A DNA stretch of 63,702 bases, counting the filler, from Octopus bimaculoides (taxonomy: Eukaryota), in assembly GCF_001194135.2 (NCBI RefSeq). It is 5 parts of 5 records of this genome, joined end to end, with 100 filler letters (N's around TTAATTAATTAA, not from the genome) between each part and the next. Parts side by side here need not be neighbours in the genome. Positions count along the whole stretch, not along the records: positions 30,742 to 60,972 come from NC_069000.1; positions 61,073 to 63,702 come from NC_068984.1; 3 more parts are not named here. The stretch is one strand, 5' to 3'. The position numbers and the translations under genes were made by a program. The notes beneath the pieces were generated by a model, which was given only the letters and a program-made list of their open reading frames with translations, made no database searches and was not told the origin of the DNA. Shown here one piece after another: positions 51,383 through 62,973 of the stretch. Positions within the stretch are counted from its first letter, which is position 1. Each line of letters starts with the position of its first letter.

Positions 51383-51936
51383 GGGTTGATGAAGGTGGTT
51401 ATGTTGGTGCTGTGTAATTACGTGTGTAAGTGTATCTTATCTATGGTTAAAACAGCAGCTTTAAAATTACTTATGCATATACTGAGGGTGAAACAAAATC
51501 CTGCTTCATTCGACCAACACCCAGCGGTTTTAGTGTGTGTACGCGTGTATGTGTGTGTGTGCAAGCGTGTGTGCATGCGTGCGTGCTTGTGTGTAATCGT
51601 GTGTGCGCGTGCGCGTGTGTATGTATGTAAAAGAATGAGGAAGCGTGTAATGAATACATAGCTTAGTGTTTATTTATTCAATTGATGGTAGCCAAAACTT
51701 GCTCTCCGTCGCTACTCTATGTTTGATATATGTGTGTTGTGCGTGTGTGTATTAGTGTGTGCACGTGCGTGAGTCTGTGTATGTGTTGTAAGTTTGTGTA
51801 TATCTGTGCCTAGATACAGGCATGCATTTCTGTGTGTATGTGTATGTATATGTATTCGCATATATATGCGAATACATATACATACACATACACACGCACA
51901 TAATAGCGCATGAGTGTAAATATATGTATACAAACA

Positions 51937-51968
<32 letters not shown>

Positions 51969-52357
51969 GTTCAAAAACACAATAACAAAAAAACAAAAAA
52001 ACAACAAAGTGAGGNNNNNNNNNNCAAAAACACAATAACAAAAAAACAAAAAAACAACAAAGTGAGGACGTGATATGGATAGTATTATTGGACGCTCAGG
52101 AAAGGAAAGAGAGAGTTATACATATATACATATATATACACCTGTCTTCGTCCATTGTTTTTCTGTAAATTTCAACTATATATATATATATATATAATTA
52201 TTACAAATTAAAAGGGTAAAGGTTTATCAATTTATTAATTTATTAATAAATCAACAATTAATAATTTTTACCAAGCCCTTCGGTATGCTTTCAGGTTTGT
52301 GTCGATGTAAAATGTTCACTCGTTCATGCATGCACAGTTTGCTAGCATGGTCGAATT

Positions 52358-52773
52358 TACTACTGGAATATCGTATTGATGAAGGAAATTGAGTATTTAT
52401 CACTCATAATCCAGAAACGCGTCTACGATTAACTTCGGAATGGTTAGTTTTCATTGTTTTTTTTTCTTCTTGTTTTTGCCTTTGTGAGTTACAAGTAATG
52501 CTATCTGTTGGAGTCTCAGCTTTTTTAGCTGCTATTTCTGAACTTCGGTATATGGTGAAGCAAATATTTGCTTCACCATATACCGAAGTTCAGAAATAGC
52601 AGCTAAAAAAGCTGAGACTCCAACAGATAGCATTACTTGTAACTCACAAAGGCAAAAACAAGAAGAAAAAAAAACAATGAAAACTAACCATTCCGAAGTT
52701 AATCGTAGACGCGTTTCTGGATTATGAGTGATAAATACTCAATTTCCTTCATCAATACGATATTCCAGTAGTA
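52358..52773. repeat. Perfect 416-bp palindrome with no spacer
   Basis: Arms pair base for base around caaat|atttg (52565/52566). The right arm ends at an N gap. Confidence 0.95.
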
Positions 52774-52952
52774 NNNNNNNNNNNNNNNNNNNNNNNNNNN
52801 NNNNNNNNNNNNNNNNNNNNNNNNNNNNNNNNNNNNNNNNNNNNNNNNNNNNNNNNNNNNNNNNNNNNNNNNNNNNNNNNNNNNNNNNNNNNNNNNNNNN
52901 NNNNNNNNNNNNNNNNNNNNNNNNNGATATATATATATATACATGGGAGAGC

Positions 52953-52988
<36 letters not shown>

Positions 52989-52994
52989 CAATTC

Positions 52995-53362
52995 TTTTAT
53001 TTGCTTCAGTCATTTGACTGCGGCCACGCTGGAGCACCGCCTTTAGTCGAACAAATCGACCCCAGGACTTATTCTTTGTTAGCCTAGTACTTATTCTATC
53101 AACCTCTTTTGCCGAATTGCTAAGTTACGGGGGACGTAAACACATCAACATCGGTTGTCAAACGATGGTAGGGGGACGAACACAGAGACACAAAAATATT
53201 CATATATTCGACAGGCTTCTCTCAGTTTCCGTCTACCAAATCCACTCACAAAGCTTTGATCCTCCCGAAGCTATAGTAAAAGACACTAGCCCAAGGTGCC
53301 ACGCAGTGGGATTGAACCCGGAACCATGTGGTTAGTAAGCAAGCTACTTACCACACAACCAC
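52995..53362 (-). mobile_element. SINE family B
   Basis: Reverse complement of 54376-54753. Confidence 0.85.
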
Positions 53363-53415
53363 CTAGTTGTAGTAATGTAGCAATTAACCATCATACTGAC
53401 TGTAATGGTATAAAT

Positions 53416-53726
53416 CAGTGGTTCCCAAAGTGGGCAGTATTGCTCCCCACCCCGGGGTGGTGGAAAGTTCCGAGGGGCGTTTAAGAAAAGTGGGATGATA
53501 ATAGGGTAACGATTAATGTAATAAGTGGGGTGATAATGAGGTTGCAGTTCATGTAAAAACAACAAAGTAATGGGTTCATTAAGTTAAGTTTTATTTGTGA
53601 AATACAGTTGCTTTGAATTTACTTCAGAAAGAGGTATATGTTTGTGATGGGGTGGTTGGGTGGTGCGCTAAGAATGTGGGGTGGGTGTCAATGGGGCAGC
53701 ATCCTGAAAACGTTTGGGAACCACTG
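53416..53726. mobile_element. hAT-type MITE, 311 bp
   Basis: Perfect 14-bp TIRs CAGTGGTTCCCAAA / TTTGGGAACCACTG and a perfect 8-bp TSD GTATAAAT (53408-53415, 53727-53734). Confidence 0.92.
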
Positions 53727-54375
53727 GTATAAATCAAATTAGTAATATGAAAACAAATGAAAATATAGATTGTGATTCCAAAGTTAGTAATAACTGTTTG
53801 TTTAATAATTATTGCAAGCAAAAAAAACGCATCGCTAATCACAATTCCATCTTTAATAGTAATTTTAAAAAATCGTCTTAGTAAATTTATTTGAAGCTTA
53901 AAGGACAAAAATAAAATGTTTATGTGGAGAGGGAAATAATAAGCTAGGCTGCTGCCTATAAAATTGGAAATGCTTATCGTTTTCTTTGTGTGGAAGAATT
54001 ATTTCAAATCTCATATTCTAGACGTAGACTCCTTGACACCAAAAGTGAGGGTAGGTTATCATGTGTTCACGCCTGGAAAAATATTTTAAAAAACTACAAT
54101 TAAATATAATGTAAGGATTACAAGGACTATAAATTAGGTGGTATCTTAAGATTAATATGCTAACAGTTGTAATTAAAAAGATTAAATAATTCCTAGTAGA
54201 TATCTTATTAAAATAAATGATAAATATAAATATAAGGTTTTGTTTACGAGTAACTGTATTATATAAAGGTTGCTAGGACATTAATTTAAGTACGTATCTC
54301 AGGAATCTGTGATTGTTATTTATAAAGCAACAGGTAATTCTAAGTTAAAGATACTATGCATTAATTTAATAAATA

Positions 54376-54753
54376 GGCGCAGGAGTGGCTGTGTGGTAAG
54401 TAGCTTACCTACCAACCACATAGTTCCGGTTTCAGTCCCACTGTGTGGCATCTTGGGCAAGTGTCTTCTACTATAGCCTCGGGCCGACCAAAGCCTTGTG
54501 AGTGGATTTGGTAGACGGAAACTGAAAGAAGCCCGTCGTATATATGTATATATACATATGTGTGTGTATGTGTTTGTGTGTCTGTGTTTGTCCCCCTAGC
54601 ATTGCTTCACGACCGATGCTGGTGTGTTTATGTCCCCGTCACTTAGCGGTTCGGCAAAAGAGACCGATAGAATAAGTACTAGGCTTACAAAGAATAAGTC
54701 CCGGGGTCGATTTGCTCGACTAAAGGCGGCAGTGCTCCAGCATGGCCGCAGTC
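54376..54753 (+). mobile_element. SINE family B, near full length, with internal (TA/TG)n tract
   Basis: Head GGCGCAGGAGTGGCTGTGTGGTAAG...GGTTTCAGTCCCA, then ...GAAAGAAGCCCGTCG, a microsatellite and the tail ...CCAGCATGGCCGCAGTC. Other copies at about 10012-10360(+), 30205-30619(-), 52995-53362(-). Head fragments at about 2543, 5660, 7010, 22040, 48436 and 56725; tail fragments at about 10430, 18090, 20300, 22960, 27105 and 33850. Confidence 0.9.
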
Positions 54754-55928
54754 NNNNNNNNNNNNNNNNNNNNNNNNNNNNNNNNNNNNNNNNNNNNNNN
54801 NNNNNNNNNNNNNNNNNNNNNNNNNNNNNNNNNNNNNNNNNNNNNNNNNNNNNNNNNNNNNNNNNNNNNNNNNNNNNNNNNNNNNNNNNNNNNNNNNNNN
54901 NNNNNNNNNNNNNNNNNNNNNNNNNNNNNNNNNNNNNNNNNNNNNNNNNNNNNNNNNNNNNNNNNNNNNNNNNNNNGGGAAAAAATAGAATTTATATTTT
55001 TGATTTTGTTCGGCTCTATGAATTTAATTTTACTTTTAAATGCTTTCGTCCATTACTTGATTCAAGAAAAAAGAAATTGGAAAAATCCTGACCGAAACAG
55101 AGAAATTATAACTTAACAAAAGATATAGAAAGAGAAAGAAAAGGTTGTATTCAAAAGCCAACAGATGTTTTTTTTTTCTTTAGCTAAGGTGTAATTTTAT
55201 AATTAAAACAAATTCAAAATTTAAATTTCGGAACATAAGACTTACCATGTTATATGATGTATGGCCGAATTCAAATGGATAGAAAGCCTAAAACAAATGT
55301 GTGTGTGTGTGTGTGGTTGGGCTTTTAAAAGCCTGGGGTCAATTTGATTTCAATCGTAGACAGGAATTCAAATACTTGTGAACCACTCATCTCTCAAATA
55401 CTATCAGCCGTCATCTCTCTTTCTCACTCACCCTCTCTCTCTCTCTCTCTCTCACTTACTCTCTGTCTTGCTCGACACCTGTGTCAAATTTAAGTATCTT
55501 AATTTTTTCATTATGTTCTTGCTGCTTCGGTGGCCCAGTAGCCATGGGTGGTGGTTTCAAATCTCTTCCGGAAATTACAAGCGATGTAGTTCAAATTTTT
55601 ATTCAAGCAACAAAACTTTATTTCTGTAATTTCTTTCTCTTAAGCGTGACACACGCGTCAGGTACGTACAAAAAACAAATTGTCGTATTAATATTATTAA
55701 TGATGGTTCTCATTTTTATAAATTTTGATTTGTTAACGTTAATACCTTTCATGAATTACGATCGTTTGTATTTATTCTCATTATTATAAATAAATATATT
55801 GTGCACATATATTGATGATGTAATATTCAACTTTGCTAAATAGTAAGCACGTTAACAAACGCACGCACAAATACATTAAAAAAATATTACATATACGTAA
55901 CTATGGTTTTAATAAATAAATAAATATA

Positions 55929-56277
55929 CGACGAGGGTTCCAGTTGATCTGATCAACGGAACAGCCTGCTCGTGAAATTAACGTGCAAGTGGCTGAGCAC
56001 TCAACAGACACGTGTACCCTTAACGTAGTTCTCGGTGGAGATTCAGCGTGACAAAGAGTGTGACAAGGCTGGCCCCTTTGAAATACAGGTACAACAGAAA
56101 CAGGAAGAAAGAGTGAGATAAAATAGTACAGCAGTGTTCGCCACCGCCCCTGTCAGAGCTCTGCGAAGCTTTAGGTGTTTTCACTCAATAAACGCTAACA
56201 ACGACCGATCTGAGAATCGAAACCGCGTTCCTACGACCGTGAGTCCGCTGCTCTAACCACTGGGCCATTGCGCCTCC
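55929..56277 (-). mobile_element. SINE family A copy
   Basis: Collinear with the copies at 461-853 and 35323-35710. Confidence 0.88.
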
Positions 56278-56949
56278 ACAAAGAAATAAATAGTAAATAA
56301 TAATAAATGATAATATAATAATAATAATTTAGCTGTAATTACTTGAGCTTACAACTGAGTGAATTATGAAAAATTTCTTTAGTGATTAAATACTCTACTG
56401 ACATTTCGATCTATCATAACTGATAATGTAAATTAGGAATATTGTTTTTTTAATTTCTAGGTACATTAATCATATCGAAATATTGATTAAGCTAACTAAC
56501 GGATACTTTTGTTTTTCAACATATTGCACACAGACGCAAATAAATACATTAACAAATTTGCATATACGTATACCCAATTAACGGATTTTTTTCAAAATAC
56601 AACGCAGGTTTATATTAAAGTTGCTGCGCGCATTGCACCGTTATCGTTCTTTGGAGTCCTGCGATAGGAGTTCCTAAATGCATATAGATGCTCAACCACA
56701 ATGGATCAGGGAACACTTTATTGTATCAATTTACCGGCCCTATAGTAGAAGACATTTTCCCAAGGTGCTCTGTAGTGAGACTAAACCCAATAGCATGTGG
56801 TTAGGAAGCAAAGTTCTTAACACACAGCCACAGCTGCGTCTATAAAAAGTGAGATACATACAGTACCTAGGTTTCCCGAGAGGTTACCCATCTAAACACT
56901 AGCTAGGTTCGACGTTGCTTAACTCCGTCGATCGATCAGACGAGAACCG

Positions 56950-56989
<40 letters not shown>

Positions 56990-57523
56990 NNNNNNNNNNN
57001 NNNNNNNNNNNNNNNNNNNNNNNNNNNNNNNNNNNNNNNNNNNNNNNNNNNNNNNNNNNNNNNNNNNNNNNNNNNNNNNNNNNNNNNNNNNNNNNNNNNN
57101 NNNNNNNNNNNNNNNNNNNNNNNNNNNNNNNNNNNNNNNNNNNNNNNNNNNNNNNNNNNNNNNNNNNNNNNNNNNNNNNNNNNNNNNNNNNNNNNNNNNN
57201 NNNNNNNNNNNNNNNNNNNNNNNNNNNNNNNNNNNNNNNNNNNNNNNNNNNNNNNNNNNNNNNNNNNNNNNNNNNNNNNNNNNNNNNNNNNNNNNNNNNN
57301 NNNNNNNNNNNNNNNNNNNNNNNNNNNNNNNNNNNNNNNNNNNNNNNNNNNNNNNNNNNNNNNNNNNNNNNNNNNNNNNNNNNNNNNNNNNNNNNNNNNN
57401 NNNNNNNNNNNNNNNNNNNNNNNNNNNNNNNNNNNNNNNNNNNNNNNNNNNNNNNNNNNNNNNNNNNNNNNNNNNNNNNNNNNNNNNNNNNNNNNNNNNN
57501 NNNNNNNNNNNNNNNNNNNNNNN

Positions 57524-57562
<39 letters not shown>

Positions 57563-57844
57563 GCGTACATCGACATACACACACAATCGCTTAGACATTA
57601 TAGAAACGTGTGAAAAAGTCATCAGGTTAGTATCGTGTTGCACATGTAATCGTAACCTTGGTGACGTACGTAAAGCTAGATCTTCTTGTCTTCCCTTTTC
57701 TTGACCTCTCCTGTTCATTGTTTTGCCGAACATCTTCAACCATATTAAATACCTCTAAATTACTTTCTTTTCTTTCAGTTTCTTTAATATAGGATTGCAG
57801 TTTAGTTTTAGGTACGGCAGAGCGGTGGTAACAGTAGCAGCAAC

Positions 57845-57878
<34 letters not shown>

Positions 57879-58379
57879 TATTGGACTCGTGATTGTATGA
57901 TTGTGGTTTCGATTGTTGGGCCGGACGATGCATTCGTTTCTTGAGCAAGACACTACATTTCACGCTGTCCCAGTCCACTCGGCTGGTAAAAATGAGTAAT
58001 CCTGCGACGAACCGGCGTCTCGTCCAGGGAGAAATATATACGCCAGAGAAACCAGGAAATCGTCCTTATGCTCCTTACGGAGTAATGTAGACTAACCGTA
58101 GTATGTCTAGAAACTCACACGAAAAGTCGTCTCCTCATTGTTTAAGCTGCAGTTAGTGCATTACTATCTGCCTCCTCTGACGATGCGTTCTCGTGGGACC
58201 CAAATTCTTGTGTAGGAGGAATCAACTGTTGACCTGAGTGTCCTTATGACCGTTTGAACCCACCAACCCCCAGTCAGAAGACAAATTAATGTTTAGAACT
58301 AATCATTCTTGCGTGCATTGTGTACCGCAATCATTTTCTTCTCCCTCTTCATTAATTTATTTATCGCTTGTCAAAAATA

Positions 58380-58455
58380 TGTATTTAAATACTTTTAAAA
58401 TATTTATGAATTTAAATACTTTTAAAATATTTATGAATTTATATACTTTTAAATA
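58380..58455 (+). repeat. AT-rich tandem repeat of about 27 bp, about 3 units
   Basis: atttaaatacttttaaaatatttatga repeated. Confidence 0.75.
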
Positions 58456-58831
58456 TTAAAGAACTGTATAGAAGCAGCATTCGTTAGAAACTCTTTAATT
58501 GACCATTTAAAAAATAACGCACCACGTAGCATATGGATATATGCATACACGTATAAAATCATACACTTACATGTGTGTGTATATATATATATATATATNN
58601 NNNNNNNNNNNNNNNNNNNNNNNNNNNNNNNNNNNNNNNNNNNNNNNNNNNNNNNNNNNNNNNNNNNNNNNNNNNNNNNNNNNNNNNNNNNNNNNNNNNN
58701 NNNNNNNNNNNNNNNNNNNNNNNNNNNNNNNNNNNNNNNNNNNNNNNNNNNNNNNNNNNNNNNNNNNNNNNNNNNNNNNNNNNNNNNNNNNNNNNNNNNN
58801 NNNNNNNNNNNNNNNNNNNNNNNNNNNNNNN

Positions 58832-58871
<40 letters not shown>

Positions 58872-58939
58872 ATACATATATGCTTGTGTGCGTATGTGTA
58901 CGAAGTTAAGTAAAAAAATCATACGCACTCCTGTTTCTG

Positions 58940-59660
58940 TAATGTATTAAGACAAAATCAGGGGTTGAGCGTTTACATCATTTTTTGACATAGTCTGCTT
59001 ACTTTTTGATGCACTTCTTCATGCGGTTCACAAGCTTACTTATTCCATCAGAGATTAATATTTACGACTGGTCGTACAGTAAATAATATACATTGCTTCC
59101 TGCAAATCAACGACCCCCAATGAGGTGATAGTCGGTAAATACGAGATGTGAACTGTGTGCAAAGTGGCTGTGTTCCAGCACCTCAAAACCCAATTTTTCA
59201 AGGTTTTTAACTGTGTGGGCATGCAATGTCCTGCGACAACACTGGCATTGACGATAGACCTCGGTGTTTGATACGACTACTGGTTTCGGTTTGTTGGGTA
59301 GCATTTCACCGTAGCCTACACTTGTGATGAATGTGGACCCATTTATCCGGCAATGTTCCTATATGGGCCATATTGAGTCCCAAAAATCGGTTAGCATCTC
59401 TTTTTATTTTTTGTTTGCGGAAGGTTGCGTCTTGAATATCTTTCTCGTTGGTGATTCTGGGTGTTTCCACTCAGCCTTTTGGATTCTGGATCAAACTGAT
59501 GCACCCATGTCTCATCTTCTGTGGCTTTTTTCTGTGAAAAAGTTTCGCCTTGATTGTTGGAACGATCGAATAATCTTAGACAGAGGGCTATTTGAGCCAG
59601 CGGTTCAAAACTACAGAGTGCTGAACATCATGACTATAATACGTCTATAATGATTATATG
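58940..59660 (-). mobile_element. Mariner (DD34D-type) transposase pseudogene
   Basis: EDETWVHQFDPESKR...WKHPESPTRK.FK.QPSA...MLT.FWD; LEKLGFEVLEH...DYHL; DGISKLVNR.KKCI...DYVKK*. Multiple frameshifts. Confidence 0.82.
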
Positions 59661-60211
59661 CGCCGGTGGTGTTTGGTCAGAGTTTAAGGACGGCTGGGAA
59701 TTAATTTTGAAACGTAATTATTCTATTTTTCTAGCCCCATTTTGAATTCCAACTGTTGGCTAATTTGTCCCAAACCTCTTATCTCGACTTAAAATTAACG
59801 AAGCAAATGTCATTTATTTTCCCCTTGATCTCTGACGTCATCTGACAAACGCCAACCAAGATGGTGTGAATCAGCCAAGCTTTACCTGCAAGAAATAGCA
59901 ACCCAAATGCTTTAAAATCAGACCCCAATTCTGGATGCTCAAGAACCACACAAAGGGCAGATTTTCAATCCTGGGATCATTCTGATTCCAAAAAGGTAAA
60001 ATACGTCTCTGTAGACCNNNNNNNNNNNNNNNNNNNNNNNNNNNNNNNNNNNNNNNNNNNNNNNNNNNNNNNNNNNNNNNNNNNNNNNNNNNNNNNNNNN
60101 NNNNNNNNNNNNNNNNNNNNNNNNNNNNNNNNNNNNNNNNNNNNNNNNNNNNNNNNNNNNNNNNNNNNNNNNNNNNNNNNNNNNNNNNNNNNNNNNNNNN
60201 NNNNNNNNNNC

Positions 60212-60242
<31 letters not shown>

Positions 60243-60972
60243 GATACATATATACAGATATACACACTGACAAACACGGATATATATACTGAGGCACACA
60301 CAGATGCATGCGTAAACACACACATGCATGCATACATACATACATACATACATACATACATACGTACGTATGTACGTACGTACATACATACATATATCTG
60401 GCTGGCTGCCGTTGTATGTATATCTGTAATAATGAGGCGGATAGCTGTAGACTAGGTTTCATCCGATATCCTGTAGTAAAGTGGATTTTGTGGTATTATT
60501 TATAGCCATTTATAGGATTCTTGTTTCAGTTTAGACATAAAACAACAATTAACACCAAGAATAGGATGAAGTAGATGGGAAGCATGCCATGATAAATTGT
60601 GGTAAAAGCAGAGACATTTATAATTGATGTGCATAGAAGACAAACACTGTATCAGTAGTATTTAACTATATCCATTTGGTCAATAAGTCGACATGAAATC
60701 TGAGAAGTGATATAAGGAAGCCCCAATCCCGTTACATGACAATAATCTGGCTGCGATAACTGAGGACGCATACCTCGCTGAACCAACAGAGAAAAACAAA
60801 CCTCACCATACAGATATAAAACATAACTGAGACTCTTTCTATTCATGTCTATACTCTCTCTCATATATATATATATATATGTATATATATGTATATATAT
60901 ATATATATATATGCATATATATATATATACATACATGCATACATACATTCATATATATATATATATATATAT

Positions 60973-61072
60973 NNNNNNNNNNNNNNNNNNNNNNNNNNNN
61001 NNNNNNNNNNNNNNNNTTAATTAATTAANNNNNNNNNNNNNNNNNNNNNNNNNNNNNNNNNNNNNNNNNNNN
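60973..61072. other. Artificial scaffold-join linker
   Basis: N44-TTAATTAATTAA-N44. Confidence 0.92.
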
Positions 61073-61473
61073 TAACAATATATATAGGAAATTAAGTTTC
61101 TTTTTACATAATGAGAAGTATAGAAAAATGAAGATGAAAATTAACTTCAAGTCTGTAAGAACAATTAATAATTTTTGAAAGTAGTATATATATATATATA
61201 TATATATATACATGTTTAAAAGTAGTGTATATATACATTCTATATATATACACACACATACACACACACACACATATATATAGTCAGTCTTAAACTATAT
61301 TGGCTTGATGGATTTTGGTCTGGCATTCAATGAACGTATCTTCTGAGATGAAGAATTATCTTTCTTATGCACAGACAAACTGGTATATTCAGGTTTTAAC
61401 AATGAAGATGGTGATAGTAATTTGAATATATCAGTATATATGGCAACAGTAAAATAGTTGAAGAATAGCTTAC

Positions 61474-61620
61474 TTTATTTTTTCTCTTGGTTGTAGACAC
61501 TTGTTCAAGTTCTTCTTGTAAAAAGAGGACCCGTTTTGCTAATTGTTGGTTTCGAAATGTTAAACTGTCAACCTCTTGTTCATATTTGCGCACTGACTGG
61601 TCTTTTTCCTTAATGTTCAC
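61474..61620 (-). CDS. PPP1R21: Internal exon of PPP1R21 (KLRAQ coiled-coil N-terminus; FERRY complex subunit)
   Basis: Acceptor ttttgttgcAG and donor AAA|GTAAGC; 147 nt, phase 0-0: VNIKEKDQSVRKYEQEVDSLTFRNQQLAKRVLFLQEELEQVSTTKRKNK. Recognised as an ungapped match to human EQLKMKDQSLRKLQQEMDSLTFRNLQLAKRVELLQDELALSEPRGKKNK. Confidence 0.93.
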
Positions 61621-62419
61621 CTGCAACAAAACGTTATCAGTTCATAATAAATATTCTCTTCAGATATAAATGACATAAAGGTGATTTAAATAGCATTGCC
61701 TTAATCTTAGCCCACAACAAACCCCAGGGTATATATATGTAAGATTGAATTCACTGGTAGAATGTGCAGGTAGCAACAGCAGCAGCTGCAGTAATAGCAA
61801 AAGCTGACTTAATTAGCCAACAAGGAGGCCTGCTAGAAATACCAACCAGATTGTCTCAATGTCACATCATCATCATCATCAATCCCTGGAGATTACTGTC
61901 TCAAATCCTAGGACTCATTGGACCAGTTTCTAAGTTTCCATGGTGTATAAGTGACTGGGATCACAACATTCCTCTGAAGGGGTCACCAGTCCATTGCAAG
62001 ATTATTCATTTACTGTGGAGTGGACTGGAGCAACATGAAATGAAGTGTTTTGCTCAAGAACACAACACACTGCCTGGTCTGGGAATTGAAACCATGATCT
62101 TGTGACTGTGAGTGTAACACTCTAACCATTAGGCCATGTGTTTTCACCTATACCAAACTGAACCATCTTAAAAAAGGAGAGGAAGGACACGTTAGATAAT
62201 CTTGTCCTAGATACACTGTGCCTGCAAAAAAATAATAAATAAACAAAAACGAAGAGGCAGGATGGTCACACCTGGAATGCCTTCGCTCATAGCTCAAGTT
62301 ACTGAAGGTTGATCTAAAGCTGAATAAAAACAATGGATGAGGATGAAAAAGGAGGAGGAGAAAGAGGAGGATGGTGATGAAGAGGTGGAAGAAGCAGGTG
62401 AAAGTGATAATACACCATT

Positions 62420-62652
62420 TTGAGTGTGGCCGTTGCCAGTACCGCCTGACTGGCCTTCGTGTGGGTGACACGTAAAAGCACCCACTACACTCTCTGAGTG
62501 GTTGGCGTTAGGAAGGGCATCCAGCTGTAGAAACTCTGCCAAATCAGATTGGAGCCTGGTGTAGCCATCTGGTTTCACCAGTCCTCAGTCAAATCGTCCA
62601 ACCCATGCTAGCATGGAAAGCGGACGTTAAACGATGATGATGATGATGATGA
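62420..62652 (+). mobile_element. Retroposon 3' end, family D, with (GAT)n tail
   Basis: ...GGAAGGGCATCCAGCTGTAGAAACTCTGCC...GGACGTTAAAC(GAT)n. Near-identical copies at 6251-6411(+) and 8938-9088(-). All are 5' truncated, consistent with a LINE 3' UTR or a tail-sharing SINE. Confidence 0.8.
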
Positions 62653-62886
62653 TTTACATTGATGCTTAGCTTGAACGTAGAGTAAATAAGGTTGTATGAC
62701 TGCTACTGATGTCATAGGTAAGGATGTCATTAATCTTGATCAAAATTTCATAACAAGCAGTTTTAATTAACAGAAATAATCCATTATTAATAAACAATAA
62801 TCCTTTGCCATATCGCAGTTCATCTATCACGGTTCACCTTTCATGCACTCAGTACATCACAAAGTTTTGGCTAATATATGTAAATT

Positions 62887-62973
62887 TATATCGCGGACTC
62901 CTCAGTATATCATGGACTCCTCGGTATATCATAGACTCCTCGGTATATCATGGACTCCTCGGTATATCATGGG
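62887..62973 (+). repeat. 19-bp minisatellite, about 4.5 units
   Basis: Unit tatatcatggactcctcgg starting at 62887, 62906, 62925, 62944 and 62963. Confidence 0.92.

Noticed and set aside
51972-52066. Direct repeat of about 42 bp around a 10-N gap
   Set aside because: Typical unmerged contig-end overlap.
52295-52442. Possible next APCDD1 exon (HACTVC and RLTSEW resemble HACIAC and LHGEW)
   Set aside because: The two motifs are in different frames, every frame has a stop, and the PPxLP and CEVRP motifs are absent.
57627-57830. Charged minus-strand frame LQSYIKETERKESNLEVF... as a PPP1R21 coiled-coil exon
   Set aside because: No match to recalled PPP1R21 sequence and no clear splice sites; more likely a decayed retroelement or chance.
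60768-60800. Minus-strand ttcAG|CGAG|GTATGC 4-nt microexon
   Set aside because: Frame-shifting length and no supporting evidence; expected by chance.
62887-62973. CRISPR-like regular repeats
   Set aside because: Units are contiguous with no unique spacers, there are no cas genes, and the context is eukaryotic.
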